Shown: in pieces, positions 18,818-29,391 of the stretch
Layout of the letters: the number at the start of each line of letters is the position of its first letter
Position numbering within the stretch: the stretch's first letter is position 1
IMG/VR virus record: IMGVR_UViG_3300050158_000056
Coordinates: 30,791-94,790 of that record
Direction: 5' to 3' (one strand)
DNA from: a virus
Length of the DNA stretch: 64,000 nt
Notes under the pieces: generated by a model
Databases searched by the model: none
What the model was told of the DNA's origin: nothing
The model's input: the letters and a program-made list of their open reading frames with translations, nothing else
Translations under genes and position numbers: made by a program

Positions 18818-20125
18818 CTACGTCACTACAGTCTCGTTCGTAGATAGTCTCAAAATCATATCACCACTACATCCGAATATATCATGTTTATCCACTCGTT
18901 GTATTCTAACAATTCGATAAGTAGCTTGTTCTATGATACCTGTCTTCTTCAAAACAGTACCATTACGGTCGTAGTAATACTTTACCACCTGACATGGATC
19001 GATTACAAACGGATTAGCATTCTGCCATGTTACACTCATCAAGCTAGCTTGATGAGCTGCTATTTCCGACATACTGGGATATGGATTATCGGTGTGTTTT
19101 ACATACTTCATATTAGTACTAGTACCACTTAACGGTCTTACCCCATCTAGTGATATTTTTAAAGATGGATCTTGAGTAAACTGCGCCCCATCTCTACTAT
19201 CTAGAGTAGTAATCCCATCTGTCATTCTAGAGGATCGCATAAACATAAATCCAGTACCTACGTTCTCAGCTCCAGCAATAGATAAGTCATATGAGTGAGG
19301 CTGGGTGTTTATGACTACTGATACTGTTTTACTATTATCCTCGATCGAATGATAGCTACTAGCCCCCGCATATCTACCGGTATCTACCTGATAGAAGTAA
19401 ATATGCTTATCATAGGTAATCGCAGTATCAAAAGCAGGATAGATGTATAACACTCCATCCGTGAAATAAGAGTTTATCCCCTTAGTATACACACCACATT
19501 TAGATTGTAGATACAAATAAATACTCTCGATACCCTGATAGGATCCTAAATCAATATGGTCATATACATGCGTATTATCAGGTTCTACTAGATGGATACT
19601 TTTGATATCGAACATATGAGTGATAGCTAAGATAACATCTTTCACACTGGCTTTTTGGAAGATGTTATTGATCTTAGTAGTCCGTAGAGTATATATCGTC
19701 TTCTCGATTAGTCTTACAGATATATACTCAGAAGGTTCTGTGTACAAATGCACATCAGGGACAGACTTCCTAATATCTCTAGGATTATTGATCATAGCAC
19801 AATATTGTTTTTGTACAGGAGCGATATGGTGGACACCGTTACCATACTTATCCAAATATGTAACTGTTAATACCACTATGAGATTTTGACCACTATCCTG
19901 GAGGATGGCATAGTCTTTTGGACTGATGATAAAATTCAGATCGATTTCATCAGCAAAGTTTCCAGCGTAGTCACGATTGATAGTGATGCGATCTATTCGA
20001 AATGGATAGAACGATAAAGTAGCACCTGGACTACTGCTCATGAAGTGAGCTTCTATCGTGAATTGATTTGGGTAGTCATACTTCATAATGGTGTCAGTGA
20101 GGTAGACTAATGTTTGATTTATCAC
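18818..20125 (-). CDS. baseplate hub/tail-tip protein (phiKZ gp101-like)
   Basis: RDYAGNFADEI, YLQSKCGVY..G, YIYP pattern; last gene of a four-gene virion operon. Confidence 0.6.
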   Translation of the reverse strand: MINQTLVYLTDTIMKYDYPNQFTIEAHFMSSSPGATLSFYPFRIDRITINRDYAGNFADEIDLNFIISPKDYAILQDSGQNLIVVLTVTYLDKYGNGVHHIAPVQKQYCAMINNPRDIRKSVPDVHLYTEPSEYISVRLIEKTIYTLRTTKINNIFQKASVKDVILAITHMFDIKSIHLVEPDNTHVYDHIDLGSYQGIESIYLYLQSKCGVYTKGINSYFTDGVLYIYPAFDTAITYDKHIYFYQVDTGRYAGASSYHSIEDNSKTVSVVINTQPHSYDLSIAGAENVGTGFMFMRSSRMTDGITTLDSRDGAQFTQDPSLKISLDGVRPLSGTSTNMKYVKHTDNPYPSMSEIAAHQASLMSVTWQNANPFVIDPCQVVKYYYDRNGTVLKKTGIIEQATYRIVRIQRVDKHDIFGCSGDMILRLSTNETVVT

Positions 20126-20131
20126 AATCGA

Positions 20132-20845
20132 TTACCTCTTTAAAAAGTCATCAAAATTAAAGTCTCTACCATCATCGTTAATCACATGGTCAGAAGATAG
20201 ACCTAGAGAGCTTCCTATATCGATTCTAACGTCCTCTACAGCCTCCTTAGGTACTATCGCCTCCACTGAGTAGGGAGGTTTAGCTCTGGCTCTCAGCGGG
20301 TCTAATTCGTCCTCATTGGATCTAAGGCCTCCACCCATCTTCATGAGATAAAGGAGATTCTGAGTAGGATCATTATTAGGATAGAGTCGCTCTAGGGCAC
20401 TCGGATTCATCTTCATAAATCGATAATAGTGTTTATAGACTTCAGCCCGCCATTTAAGCATGAGATTTACATAGTCGATGACTCTTTCACTACCCATCTC
20501 TACATCTACTTTAAGAGATACTAGATACCGATCTATCCCATCGAATACTTCGACGATCTCTTCTTCATACACTAGTTCAAATTCCACTTGCTTGTGGAAC
20601 ATGACTAACATACCTTCAAGAGAGAAAGCTGATTTGACTATCTGGTCATGCGATAAAGGTTGATAGAAAGGAGTCGTGTCTCTACGTCTAGTAGAGACAC
20701 TCTTCCATGAGTTAGGTCGTTCTAGTTTTCTAGGAGTGCGATTGATCATTTCACTAGGTGTATTTGGATCATAGTACGCAGGTATGAATACTTCAAACTC
20801 ACGCTTCTTAACAAACTCTACAGCTGATAAATATAGTTTAGCCAT
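20132..20845 (-). CDS. virion-operon protein (phiKZ gp100-like)
   Basis: gene order. Confidence 0.5.
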   Translation of the reverse strand: MAKLYLSAVEFVKKREFEVFIPAYYDPNTPSEMINRTPRKLERPNSWKSVSTRRRDTTPFYQPLSHDQIVKSAFSLEGMLVMFHKQVEFELVYEEEIVEVFDGIDRYLVSLKVDVEMGSERVIDYVNLMLKWRAEVYKHYYRFMKMNPSALERLYPNNDPTQNLLYLMKMGGGLRSNEDELDPLRARAKPPYSVEAIVPKEAVEDVRIDIGSSLGLSSDHVINDDGRDFNFDDFLKR

Positions 20846-20848
20846 ATA

Positions 20849-22147
20849 CTAGATCCCACCTGAATTATAACCCATACCTGGGGCATCGATACTACGGTAC
20901 TGAGCCTGAAGGCTTTGGTCTATAAGATGCATGTATAGCGGGATATAGTAAAATTGAGTATCGAGAGGTAGCGCATATACTGTATCTAGATAATCAGCTA
21001 TAAGACTAGTAAGATCTCCAGCAGTACGGATGGTGATAGCATCATATATCCGATGTTCAAACGCAGTCATATTCACAGTATCTTTAGAATAGAATGCTTG
21101 AGTAAACAAATAGAACTCACCAGCACTGGCATCACTAGTAGGTAGGAGTACCGATCTACCATGTAGTTCGGTATTGAATACCCCCAGTCTACCCTCTCTA
21201 CATGCCTGGATCTGCCCGTAAAAAGATACACCATTAAGGCTCGTGTTATATCGATCTTCTATCCTCGCCCAGATACTCTGATTGTACAGTAATGGATTTT
21301 TACCATAGAGATTCTTAGCTCTGATATTGACTTCTTCGAATGTAATCTTGTTAGATACAAACTGTACCAGATTAGGATCATATATCCCATCTGGTCTAGC
21401 ATAACTACAAATATTAGGATCGAAGAATGTCTGATGAAAGTATCTAGCTAGATTAGATCTGACAGCCTTTATCTTCTGTAGCTGTAAATAAGTAGTCTCA
21501 GATAAGAGCGCTGCTGTACCACCTAGATAATTCTCTTTACTAAATATTGAGGTGATCGTAACTGACCCCTCGATGGCTGACATATCAGATTCATCTAGGA
21601 ATGATTGGATAGAGAATCTAACGGCATAGACTCTATCAGTACGCCACGTCATAGGGGTGACGGAGGATATACGGAATATACCTACTCTACCGTCACCAGT
21701 ACCAGTTAAAAATATATCTCCGATGTTAGCATTCATGTTGGGATACATGACAGCTTCACCAGAAATATTAGCACTGGCATTTTCATTATTAGCGGTGAAA
21801 TCGAATGCCTTAGGTATAGTGATCTCTAGATTGATGATCTTTTGGTATTCGGCATTAAGGACATCTCGAGTGGTGGCATAGTCAGCTATGTTAGTCCTAA
21901 TGTTAGACCCTTGAGTATTGAGCTGTCTATAGTAAGTCACTAGAGTGCGCTTACCCTTAATAAACCCAGCTAGCATCTGAGTCGTCTCAGGGTAAGATGA
22001 TTTGTCTATAGCTAGTTTGTTTAAGTTACTGTCACCGACATATGGCATGTTGTTTACAACATCAGCCATACTGTTAGGGATCTCATTAGGTACGTTGTTC
22101 TGACCCGATGTTGTAAGTGAGAACCCTGAGCGGGGTGTTAAAGCCAT
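20849..22147 (-). CDS. virion structural protein (phiKZ gp99-like)
   Basis: TYYRQ..YQKIINLE..NIGDIFLTGTGDGRVGIF..YDP motifs. Confidence 0.65.
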   Translation of the reverse strand: MALTPRSGFSLTTSGQNNVPNEIPNSMADVVNNMPYVGDSNLNKLAIDKSSYPETTQMLAGFIKGKRTLVTYYRQLNTQGSNIRTNIADYATTRDVLNAEYQKIINLEITIPKAFDFTANNENASANISGEAVMYPNMNANIGDIFLTGTGDGRVGIFRISSVTPMTWRTDRVYAVRFSIQSFLDESDMSAIEGSVTITSIFSKENYLGGTAALLSETTYLQLQKIKAVRSNLARYFHQTFFDPNICSYARPDGIYDPNLVQFVSNKITFEEVNIRAKNLYGKNPLLYNQSIWARIEDRYNTSLNGVSFYGQIQACREGRLGVFNTELHGRSVLLPTSDASAGEFYLFTQAFYSKDTVNMTAFEHRIYDAITIRTAGDLTSLIADYLDTVYALPLDTQFYYIPLYMHLIDQSLQAQYRSIDAPGMGYNSGGI

Positions 22148-23963
22148 AGTAGCCTCCTGTGCCTTGGTAATACGGATAAATTACATCATTGGGTTTAAGA
22201 TACTGATCAGGCACATTCGTTAGATCTATAAAGCCTCGCTTTAGACACTCTTCGATAAACACTACTAACAATGACCTACCAGATACTGACGCTACTGTGG
22301 AATAATACTCACGCACCAACACACTAGTACTATCACTCCCGGTGGGTAGGGTATACGTGATATTTTGAGATTGAGTATATGCCATATAGTCAGCTAACTG
22401 ACTAGGATTTTGAGTATAGCTATATATCTCATTGGTGATCTCATTATTAGTGACCATACCAGATAACACTGACTTAATCTGACCATTGTTAAATAGTTTA
22501 GATATCAAAGATATCGTCCTATTCTCAGTAGCGATATAGAAGTACTTATTCTTAATCAGTCTTTGTATATTACGCTCGATAGTCATCGGGAAGAAGTATC
22601 TATATTTAACCAAGATATTGTCCCACAGCGTGTCTGTCTTTTGTAGATTAGTAGTTTCAGATACGACTAAGTGATACGACTTATCATTGCGATTGGATGT
22701 CACGGATAGATTTAGGTTTTCATCTATATTTAATAGATTCTTACCTAATCTAGTGTCATCAGCAAATACCCCTATATGAAACAAGCCACCAAAATCAAAG
22801 ACACTGCTTCCAGTCTGTTTTAATATATCCTGTACAATCGGATGTAAGGTTACATCGTCTAGTGTCGCTATATTAAATGTAGTCATAGGACCATCTAGTG
22901 TAAAGTGAGCTACTATCACTGGTCGATAATTATACCTAGCGTAATACGTATCAGCTACAAACCAGTCATCATAAGCGGGTAATCTAGTGATCTGATGAGC
23001 ATTATTGTAATTACCATAGGACCGTTTCATGAACTCATTACACATGAGGTCCTGATAAACACCAGCCACATTGGGATTGTAGGTGTAATTGATCAGACAG
23101 TTTTCAAATAAACCATATGGGAGTACTGTGTTATCCACAGAGACTGGTGTGTGGACAGCTATGAGATTAGGTCTACCAAACTGTACAGTCAAATTAAAGT
23201 TTACTGTAAAGCTATCTGGTAGCTGATCTACCATATGTCCTTCAGGTTCTCTTTGATCCATATTGAGCTGTGCTAAACAGTTTAACTGCTGACACCTGAT
23301 CATGAGCTGCTTATCAGCATTTGGTTTATCTAACTGAGACTTCCTGACATCGAAACTAATCTGAGTTTTCTTTTTGTCATTAATGTAGTCCAACAGAGTT
23401 TTACCATTGTAATCTGATTTAGCTTTCCATACTTCTGTGAGGAGCTGCAGTAGTCCAAATGATACTGGATAACTAAATGATAGATCGAATGGTTTCTGGA
23501 TGAGTGATCCAGTATACTTAGTTTTAATTGTATCAAATGTGCGACATGCGTCATCATACGTCTGAAACGACAATATGAAATCCATACTGATCCCACATGC
23601 GACAGTCAAATGTTCTATTAAGATACCGGCGTCTGTGTCAATTAGGATAGGTGTATGATTACCCTTCTGGTTATTTCTAATACCATATGCAGGAGTAGTA
23701 TAAGGACTATCTACTGGCCATGGTACCTGAGACTTATCCATGATGTAATCGACTTTGACATCACATCTGTTCTTGACTAGCGTAATAGCACCATTGCCAT
23801 CATTGTACTGAGAGTAGGCGGTGAACTCATTTAAGATATAAACTGCATTCTGGAAATATCTTACTAGATCGAGTTCGTCTAATAGACCTGTCACTACTTG
23901 ATTTGTGACAGTATTTAAAATATTTATTCCTGTGGATTCCGTATGAAAATAGACTGTAGGCAT
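22086..23963 (-). CDS. virion structural protein (phiKZ gp98-like)
   Basis: 625 aa; RLPAYDDW motif; gene order. Confidence 0.55.
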   Translation of the reverse strand: MPTVYFHTESTGINILNTVTNQVVTGLLDELDLVRYFQNAVYILNEFTAYSQYNDGNGAITLVKNRCDVKVDYIMDKSQVPWPVDSPYTTPAYGIRNNQKGNHTPILIDTDAGILIEHLTVACGISMDFILSFQTYDDACRTFDTIKTKYTGSLIQKPFDLSFSYPVSFGLLQLLTEVWKAKSDYNGKTLLDYINDKKKTQISFDVRKSQLDKPNADKQLMIRCQQLNCLAQLNMDQREPEGHMVDQLPDSFTVNFNLTVQFGRPNLIAVHTPVSVDNTVLPYGLFENCLINYTYNPNVAGVYQDLMCNEFMKRSYGNYNNAHQITRLPAYDDWFVADTYYARYNYRPVIVAHFTLDGPMTTFNIATLDDVTLHPIVQDILKQTGSSVFDFGGLFHIGVFADDTRLGKNLLNIDENLNLSVTSNRNDKSYHLVVSETTNLQKTDTLWDNILVKYRYFFPMTIERNIQRLIKNKYFYIATENRTISLISKLFNNGQIKSVLSGMVTNNEITNEIYSYTQNPSQLADYMAYTQSQNITYTLPTGSDSTSVLVREYYSTVASVSGRSLLVVFIEECLKRGFIDLTNVPDQYLKPNDVIYPYYQGTGGYYGFNTPLRVLTYNIGSEQRT

Positions 23964-24093
23964 TTATAATACCTTTGATATTTATATAGAGGAAGTCATA
24001 GCATGAAAATGATTTCTAGCTGCTATATTAAATAGCTCATGAAATCCTATGATAATCTTAATAAGTGCCGCCGAACTCGTGTGGAGTAAGCTG

Positions 24094-25344
24094 ATGAGTA
24101 ATAACCTTTTAAATTCCCCTAGACTATTCACATATGTTTCGTCTATAGTCGATCGTAAGATTCGTCCACTGTCTTTGAGTCTATCGACCTCGCTTGGACT
24201 ACTAAGATCACTAGTGACTTCATCTAAGACATCTGCTGATGCATCGGATGCATCAGCCTATGCTTCTAATCTTAGTGCCATATCCTCTCAGGCGGCGTTA
24301 GACTACTTTAAGTCGCACTTCATAGGTGTATACCCATCTGACCCTACAGTCGCGTCCTACGGTCACGCTATCGCTAATAACGCTATATATGTTAGATCGA
24401 CAGATGGCAGACTGCGCTGGGTCACTAGTGTAGATGGCAGTGGTAATCCTACATGGGGCGATGCTAATGTGTTAGCGTTCCCTGTAATGCCTGGCACTCT
24501 CACGATCCAGGGTACTGGTAATAATGCAGCATTGATTCTGGATAATCAAAATACAGCCACCGATTACCGCATCGTAGCTAAAGATGATGGTCATCTAGCT
24601 ATCGTGGATAATTCCAATGGTACTGAACTATTGGTTATTGTAGCTGGTATATTAAAGACTGGAGCAGGTGCTGTATTCTGGAATGCTAACAACGATGGAT
24701 CTGGATCAGGATTAGACGCTGATCTACTCGATGGTCTAGATTCTACAGTGTTTGCTAAGTGGGCTGGTGGTACATTTACTAACACCATTACTGTACAAGG
24801 CGATGTATACACTTACAAGTCTGGTGGTACTACAGGAGCGGTCTATCTAAATAGTGCCGGTACTAGATATCTATATAACGATGGTACTAGTTACTTCCTA
24901 CCCAGTCAACAATTGTATATCAATGGCGCATTGGCCTGGAACTCAGCTAATGACGGTAGCGGGTCAGGTATGGATACTGATTTATTCAGAGGCCAGACGG
25001 ATGCTATATTTATTAAGAAATCCGAAATCCTATATGGGTCAAATGCCAATGGTTATTGGCGCAGTGAGCCCGTATCCGGTGGTAAGTTTCTACTAGTACA
25101 GTATGGACCAGGTAGTGCTGGTGAACCAACCAGTGGGCCATTCACGTTCCCCAAAACATTTGATGTAGGAAGTATAGCTGAAATAGATTTTCAGGTAACT
25201 GCGACTGGGGGTAATGCTGGTGCCACCAGTGGCGATGATGTGGGTGGTAACGTGAATACTACTTCTACCTATACTCTATTTTCGGATGATGGTACCAAAG
25301 GGGTACGTTGGAGAGCAGAAGCTATTGTCAACAGTGTTCCTTAA
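24094..25344 (+). CDS. tail fibre protein
   Basis: Two WN..NDGSGSG.D.DL repeats; G/T/S-rich; gp53-like C-terminus (NGYWR..LLVQYG..FTFP..F). Confidence 0.8.
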   Translation: MSNNLLNSPRLFTYVSSIVDRKIRPLSLSLSTSLGLLRSLVTSSKTSADASDASAYASNLSAISSQAALDYFKSHFIGVYPSDPTVASYGHAIANNAIYVRSTDGRLRWVTSVDGSGNPTWGDANVLAFPVMPGTLTIQGTGNNAALILDNQNTATDYRIVAKDDGHLAIVDNSNGTELLVIVAGILKTGAGAVFWNANNDGSGSGLDADLLDGLDSTVFAKWAGGTFTNTITVQGDVYTYKSGGTTGAVYLNSAGTRYLYNDGTSYFLPSQQLYINGALAWNSANDGSGSGMDTDLFRGQTDAIFIKKSEILYGSNANGYWRSEPVSGGKFLLVQYGPGSAGEPTSGPFTFPKTFDVGSIAEIDFQVTATGGNAGATSGDDVGGNVNTTSTYTLFSDDGTKGVRWRAEAIVNSVP

Positions 25345-25360
25345 TTAATGGAGTAATCTC

Positions 25361-25798
25361 ATGACATATTCAATAGGAACATACGACAGCACTACACAGA
25401 CTGTCCCAGTGACATTCGATCTCAATGGTCGTACGTATGTTAGATCCATACAGGCAGTATTGGACAATGGTACTACCTATAATGCGGTGGCCACTGATCT
25501 AATAGTGCAGAAACTAGTATCTGGTCAGATGTATCGATCGGAAATCGAAGACTCATTAACAGGTGGCCATCTTAGTCCTACTAAATGGACCAGATTAGGT
25601 GCTATCTATAAGTTCATTTTAAATGGTACTGGCTTAGTAACGATAGACACACTGCTACGTGATAAAGTCACTATCAGTACATCAGTCACATCCTTTTCAG
25701 CTACTGGTACTGAGACTATCCAGTACTATGTGTTTAATACTAATGTCGGGTACATTAGAGCGACACTTACAGGTACTGCCACTGCTGAATTAGTATAA
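25361..25798 (+). CDS. tail-fibre-associated small protein
   Basis: Follows the fibre gene; N-terminal domain shared with 28409-28861. Confidence 0.6.
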   Translation: MTYSIGTYDSTTQTVPVTFDLNGRTYVRSIQAVLDNGTTYNAVATDLIVQKLVSGQMYRSEIEDSLTGGHLSPTKWTRLGAIYKFILNGTGLVTIDTLLRDKVTISTSVTSFSATGTETIQYYVFNTNVGYIRATLTGTATAELV

Positions 25799-25803
25799 TC
25801 GTC

Positions 25804-25839
25804 ATAATGGATTAGTGGGCTGTCCCACTAATCCATTAT
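25804..25839 (+). terminator. hairpin
   Basis: ataatggattagtggg/cccactaatccattat. Confidence 0.7.
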
Positions 25840-25873
25840 CTTTCTCTCACATAGATTAAATAGGGATATTTTC

Positions 25874-26590
25874 ATGGTAGATGTTACAGCCACACAGACG
25901 GCTCTCTTAGCCTTTGGTTACAATCCTGGTCCGATAGATGGATCATGGGGTAGAGGTACGATGACGGCTATCTTGTGTCACCAGGTACAAAGACAGCCTG
26001 ACGCGATGTTAAAGATGTTTGGTCAAGCGCTGGCTAATGAACTACCTAAACACGGTATTACCGCCACTAAGTTTAGACTAGCCGAGTTCATGGCAGAGAC
26101 ATCTCATGAGACGGGTGGGTATACCAGATTCGAAGAGAACATGCATTACTCAGCTAAGCGACTCATGCAAGTATGGCCTAATCGATTTAAGACGCTACAA
26201 TCAGCATTACCCTATGCTTGGGACCCGACTGATCCAGACAAAGAAGATGTAGCTCTAGCTAATTATGTCTATGGTACTCGCATGGGTAATGAATCTAATG
26301 GTACTAGCGATGATGATGGGTGGGATAACCGTGGTGGGGGCCTTATCCAACATACTGGCAAAGCTGAGTATGCCATCCTAAAGAGTCATCTAGGACTCAC
26401 GTCTGAACAAATTCATACAGATCCGGCATCTATGGTATTGGCCGTATGCGACTACTGGGATCGCGTTAAAGCTAATGACTATATCGATCGTAGTAACTTC
26501 GTCGATTTACGTAAGCGTGTGAATGGTGGCACGCTGGGTGTAGACGATGTAGCAGCTAAGCGTAATCGTAGTCTGTTAGTCATTAAGTAA
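25874..26590 (+). CDS. endolysin, glycoside hydrolase family 19 with N-terminal peptidoglycan-binding segment
   Basis: GYNPGPIDG.WG; F.A..SHETGG..EEN; RGGGLIQHTG; VNGG..G..D. Confidence 0.88.
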   Translation: MVDVTATQTALLAFGYNPGPIDGSWGRGTMTAILCHQVQRQPDAMLKMFGQALANELPKHGITATKFRLAEFMAETSHETGGYTRFEENMHYSAKRLMQVWPNRFKTLQSALPYAWDPTDPDKEDVALANYVYGTRMGNESNGTSDDDGWDNRGGGLIQHTGKAEYAILKSHLGLTSEQIHTDPASMVLAVCDYWDRVKANDYIDRSNFVDLRKRVNGGTLGVDDVAAKRNRSLLVIK

Positions 26591-26619
26591 TACTAGTATC
26601 CATCTTTAGGAGGATTACT

Positions 26620-27303
26620 ATGAACATAATTAGTACTATACTCTCTTTTCTAATGCCTCCTTTAGCGATACCGCTCACACTCTTTAAGAAACTATTCTCA
26701 TGGAGACCTCCTCTATCCACAGTAATTGTCGGAGTACTGTTAGTCCTAACTACATTAGGATTCGGTATTCAGACAATTAGGATCGATGGATTCCATATAA
26801 GACCTAACTTAGGACTGTTTAAGTTTACTCTGGTATCTATAGATGGATATAAAGAGATTAACCTAAAATTAACTAATGCTTTAGCAGAGCGAGAAAGACT
26901 AGAAAAAGTAGCCAGACAAGATCAAGCTACAGTCAATCAACAATCTGCTATTATCAGTAGACAATTAGCGGAGACTACTAATGAAACTCATCCAGTTTCC
27001 TCAGCTCAAATTAAAGATGCGATCGCTGTGTATGCTAGTACCCATCGCGCTCCTGAGTGCGTGCGGGGACCCGGCTCCAGTGTACTCGACGGGAAAGCCA
27101 GTGTGCGTGGACCCGATAGTCCTACCCCGAGTGGCGACCAGTCCAACGTGGCACCCAGAATGGTGGTCATTTCCGAAGACGAACTCAACCACTGGGCCAA
27201 CAATACCAAAGACCTCGACGAACTGCGAACGTATCTTAAAGGCTTAATCGATCGTGGTATAGCAGTACGATGGAACGATGGTACAGTTCATAGCGGTGAA
27301 TGA
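26620..27303 (+). CDS. i-spanin (Rz-like)
   Basis: N-terminal TM plus coiled coil; follows the endolysin; contains a nested lipoprotein ORF. Confidence 0.8.
   Translation: MNIISTILSFLMPPLAIPLTLFKKLFSWRPPLSTVIVGVLLVLTTLGFGIQTIRIDGFHIRPNLGLFKFTLVSIDGYKEINLKLTNALAERERLEKVARQDQATVNQQSAIISRQLAETTNETHPVSSAQIKDAIAVYASTHRAPECVRGPGSSVLDGKASVRGPDSPTPSGDQSNVAPRMVVISEDELNHWANNTKDLDELRTYLKGLIDRGIAVRWNDGTVHSGE
27017..27247 (+). CDS. o-spanin (Rz1-like) nested in the +1 frame
   Basis: Signal peptide MRSLCMLVPIALLSAC with lipobox; Pro-rich mature part. Confidence 0.8.
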   Translation: MRSLCMLVPIALLSACGDPAPVYSTGKPVCVDPIVLPRVATSPTWHPEWWSFPKTNSTTGPTIPKTSTNCERILKA

Positions 27304-27305
27304 TT

Positions 27306-27337
27306 TATAGTAGAGGGTCACATGACCCTCTACTATA
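27306..27337 (+). terminator. hairpin terminator
   Basis: tatagtagagggtca/tgaccctctactata followed by Ts. Confidence 0.75.
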
Positions 27338-27366
27338 TTTTGATTACTTTTGAAAAGGATCTATAA

Positions 27367-27624
27367 ATGACTAAGTTTAGCGCGTTTGGGAATGCCAATT
27401 CGATAAGCGGAAGTGAGCTTATTCCAGTAGCTGACGAAGGCGTCAATAAAACTATATCGGTGAATAGTCTACAGAATCATATCTTAACAACTCCTAAGAG
27501 TGGTACTACAGCTAATAGACCCACAGGTGTACCAGTGGGCTATCAGTATTATGACAGTACTCTGAGTAAGCCAGTATGGTACAATAGCGCGGTGTGGAAA
27601 GATGCGTCTGGTACGACAGTGTAA
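27367..27624 (+). CDS. mini tail-fibre-like protein
   Basis: SGTTANRP..GYQYYDSTLSKPVW..WKDASG, a common C-terminal motif of phage fibre proteins. Confidence 0.6.
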   Translation: MTKFSAFGNANSISGSELIPVADEGVNKTISVNSLQNHILTTPKSGTTANRPTGVPVGYQYYDSTLSKPVWYNSAVWKDASGTTV

Positions 27625-27632
27625 CCAAACAA

Positions 27633-27661
27633 GTGATACTGAGGCATTGCCTCAGTATCAC
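27633..27661. terminator. bidirectional hairpin
   Basis: gtgatactgaggca/tgcctcagtatcac between convergent genes. Confidence 0.75.
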
Positions 27662-27666
27662 AATAA

Positions 27667-28092
27667 TCATTTATCTTTCTCATTGTCGGAGATTTTTGAA
27701 ATAAATGGTGTAGGAGGTTTTATCTTCTTTAGTAATTGGATAGCTCTCATCAGTTTAAGATGAGTAATAAATCCCCCACTAAATATACTAAACACATAGA
27801 ACCATTTATATATTATAGTAGATATCCACCAGTTTACAAATATAGTAATCCGCCTAGACATTTTAGCGAGTAATATAATCGACTTACTACTATCACTCAA
27901 TGCAATAGTGAGCTCATCTATTTCAGGTACGGGGTATTTGTATTTAGGGACAGGTAGTAATTTATAAAATATAGATGTACTTCCCATAACACAAATGACT
28001 ATAGGCCCTATTGTTTCTAAATAACCCGATAACGATGGAAAGAAATACTCGATCCATCTGAAGACCGACAGTATTCCAAGTCCGGAATCCAT
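27667..28092 (-). CDS. membrane protein (holin candidate)
   Basis: Hydrophobic segments, basic C-terminus, near the lysis genes; opposite strand. Confidence 0.4.
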   Translation of the reverse strand: MDSGLGILSVFRWIEYFFPSLSGYLETIGPIVICVMGSTSIFYKLLPVPKYKYPVPEIDELTIALSDSSKSIILLAKMSRRITIFVNWWISTIIYKWFYVFSIFSGGFITHLKLMRAIQLLKKIKPPTPFISKISDNEKDK

Positions 28093-28227
28093 AACGAATA
28101 TCCTTTTTATTATATCTTACAATGGTTTAATAATCAATCTACCCTAAGATAAATAGAAATAGTTTATAATCACACCATTGTGCACAAAAAATATCATCAG
28201 TCAAGTATTATTTATAGGTATAATTAG

Positions 28228-28254
28228 TAGAGGGAGGGTATTCCCCTCCCTCTA
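28228..28254 (-). terminator. hairpin
   Basis: tagagggaggg/ccctccctcta. Confidence 0.65.
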
Positions 28255-28408
28255 TGGACTGCATTTAAACAGTCTTCTTGGATTTCTTTTTCGTCACAAT
28301 AAGTGTAGCGTCTGTGGGAATAGTGCTGTCCACCGCGCTAATATCATCTACGATACCGTCTGTAGCGGTGTCTTCGACTGCTGGATCACCGATATCGGTA
28401 TCCATGGT

Positions 28409-28861
28409 TTACTCAGGCTGAGAGTTATCTGTAATGGTATTTACCACTATGGATTCCGAGACTGAGTCGGTTGCATCAACAGTATCAGTAACCGTCTCAG
28501 TGAGTTCTGCCGCAGTAGACTCAGTCGGAGCGATAGCTACTTCATCAGCTGCTTCTACTACGACAGTACCGACTGGTTCCACAGGAGTTACCCCCGTTGG
28601 GACTGCAATTGGTTCTACGACTGGTGTGAGGGCTACTATCGGTTCCACCACGGTATCAGTCATTACGACTGATCCTACCTTGACCTTATACTCAACGCCG
28701 CGCCCCACCTCATTCACACGCTCTAGTGTGGCTACTTCATCATAAGCACCAGTATCATCTGTACAGATGTTTACATCGCGTGTGTATTCCTGAGTACCTT
28801 GAGTAAACGTCACAGTGACTTTACCAGTCCGCGTATTCACATCACCTAACTTAATATCCAT
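28409..28861 (-). CDS. protein with tail-associated N-terminal domain and acidic T/V/P-rich tail
   Basis: N-terminus paralogous to 25361-25798; VVEPI repeats. Confidence 0.65.
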   Translation of the reverse strand: MDIKLGDVNTRTGKVTVTFTQGTQEYTRDVNICTDDTGAYDEVATLERVNEVGRGVEYKVKVGSVVMTDTVVEPIVALTPVVEPIAVPTGVTPVEPVGTVVVEAADEVAIAPTESTAAELTETVTDTVDATDSVSESIVVNTITDNSQPE

Positions 28862-28916
28862 GTCGATATCCTTTTAATAACAATCAAACTATAGTTAGAT
28901 CGCGCCATAGACATAC

Positions 28917-29327
28917 TCAGTGATACACTCGCATACACGGTATACCATGCTCCTTAAGAGCATCGATTATCTGTTCTCGATCATCTACAAACATATCTGG
29001 TTTGATAGTCTCTTGACTCCACCATTCCAGTTTAAGATCGTAATCATCACGAGTATCTCCAGCCGATCTCATTCTGACAGTGAGATCCAGTAGACCTACC
29101 ATAGTGAGCCACGCTAGTGTATCTTCTTTAACTATATCACTCCGCCCTGTCCATAGTTCTACTACGTTACCAGCACTGAGTAGACTACGGATCATTTCGA
29201 CGACTGGATAATGAGGGATATCCCACTTGCATGCTTTGAAGTAACTATCCCAATCACCATCTTCACGCAGGTGTTCTCTATGAGTAGTGTCAGCTAGAGT
29301 ACCATCTAAATCGAATACATAATACAT
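28917..29327 (-). CDS. HAD-family phosphatase (PNK 3'-phosphatase-like)
   Basis: FDLDGTL, TGR, K and FVDDR motifs. Confidence 0.88.
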   Translation of the reverse strand: MYYVFDLDGTLADTTHREHLREDGDWDSYFKACKWDIPHYPVVEMIRSLLSAGNVVELWTGRSDIVKEDTLAWLTMVGLLDLTVRMRSAGDTRDDYDLKLEWWSQETIKPDMFVDDREQIIDALKEHGIPCMRVYH

Positions 29328-29348
29328 ATCTAAATCCTATCTAGGTAG

Positions 29349-29378
29349 TAGTAGAGGGTCTATATAGACCCTCTACTA
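29349..29378 (-). terminator. hairpin
   Basis: tagtagagggtcta/tagaccctctacta. Confidence 0.7.
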
Positions 29379-29391
29379 TACATCCATCATA

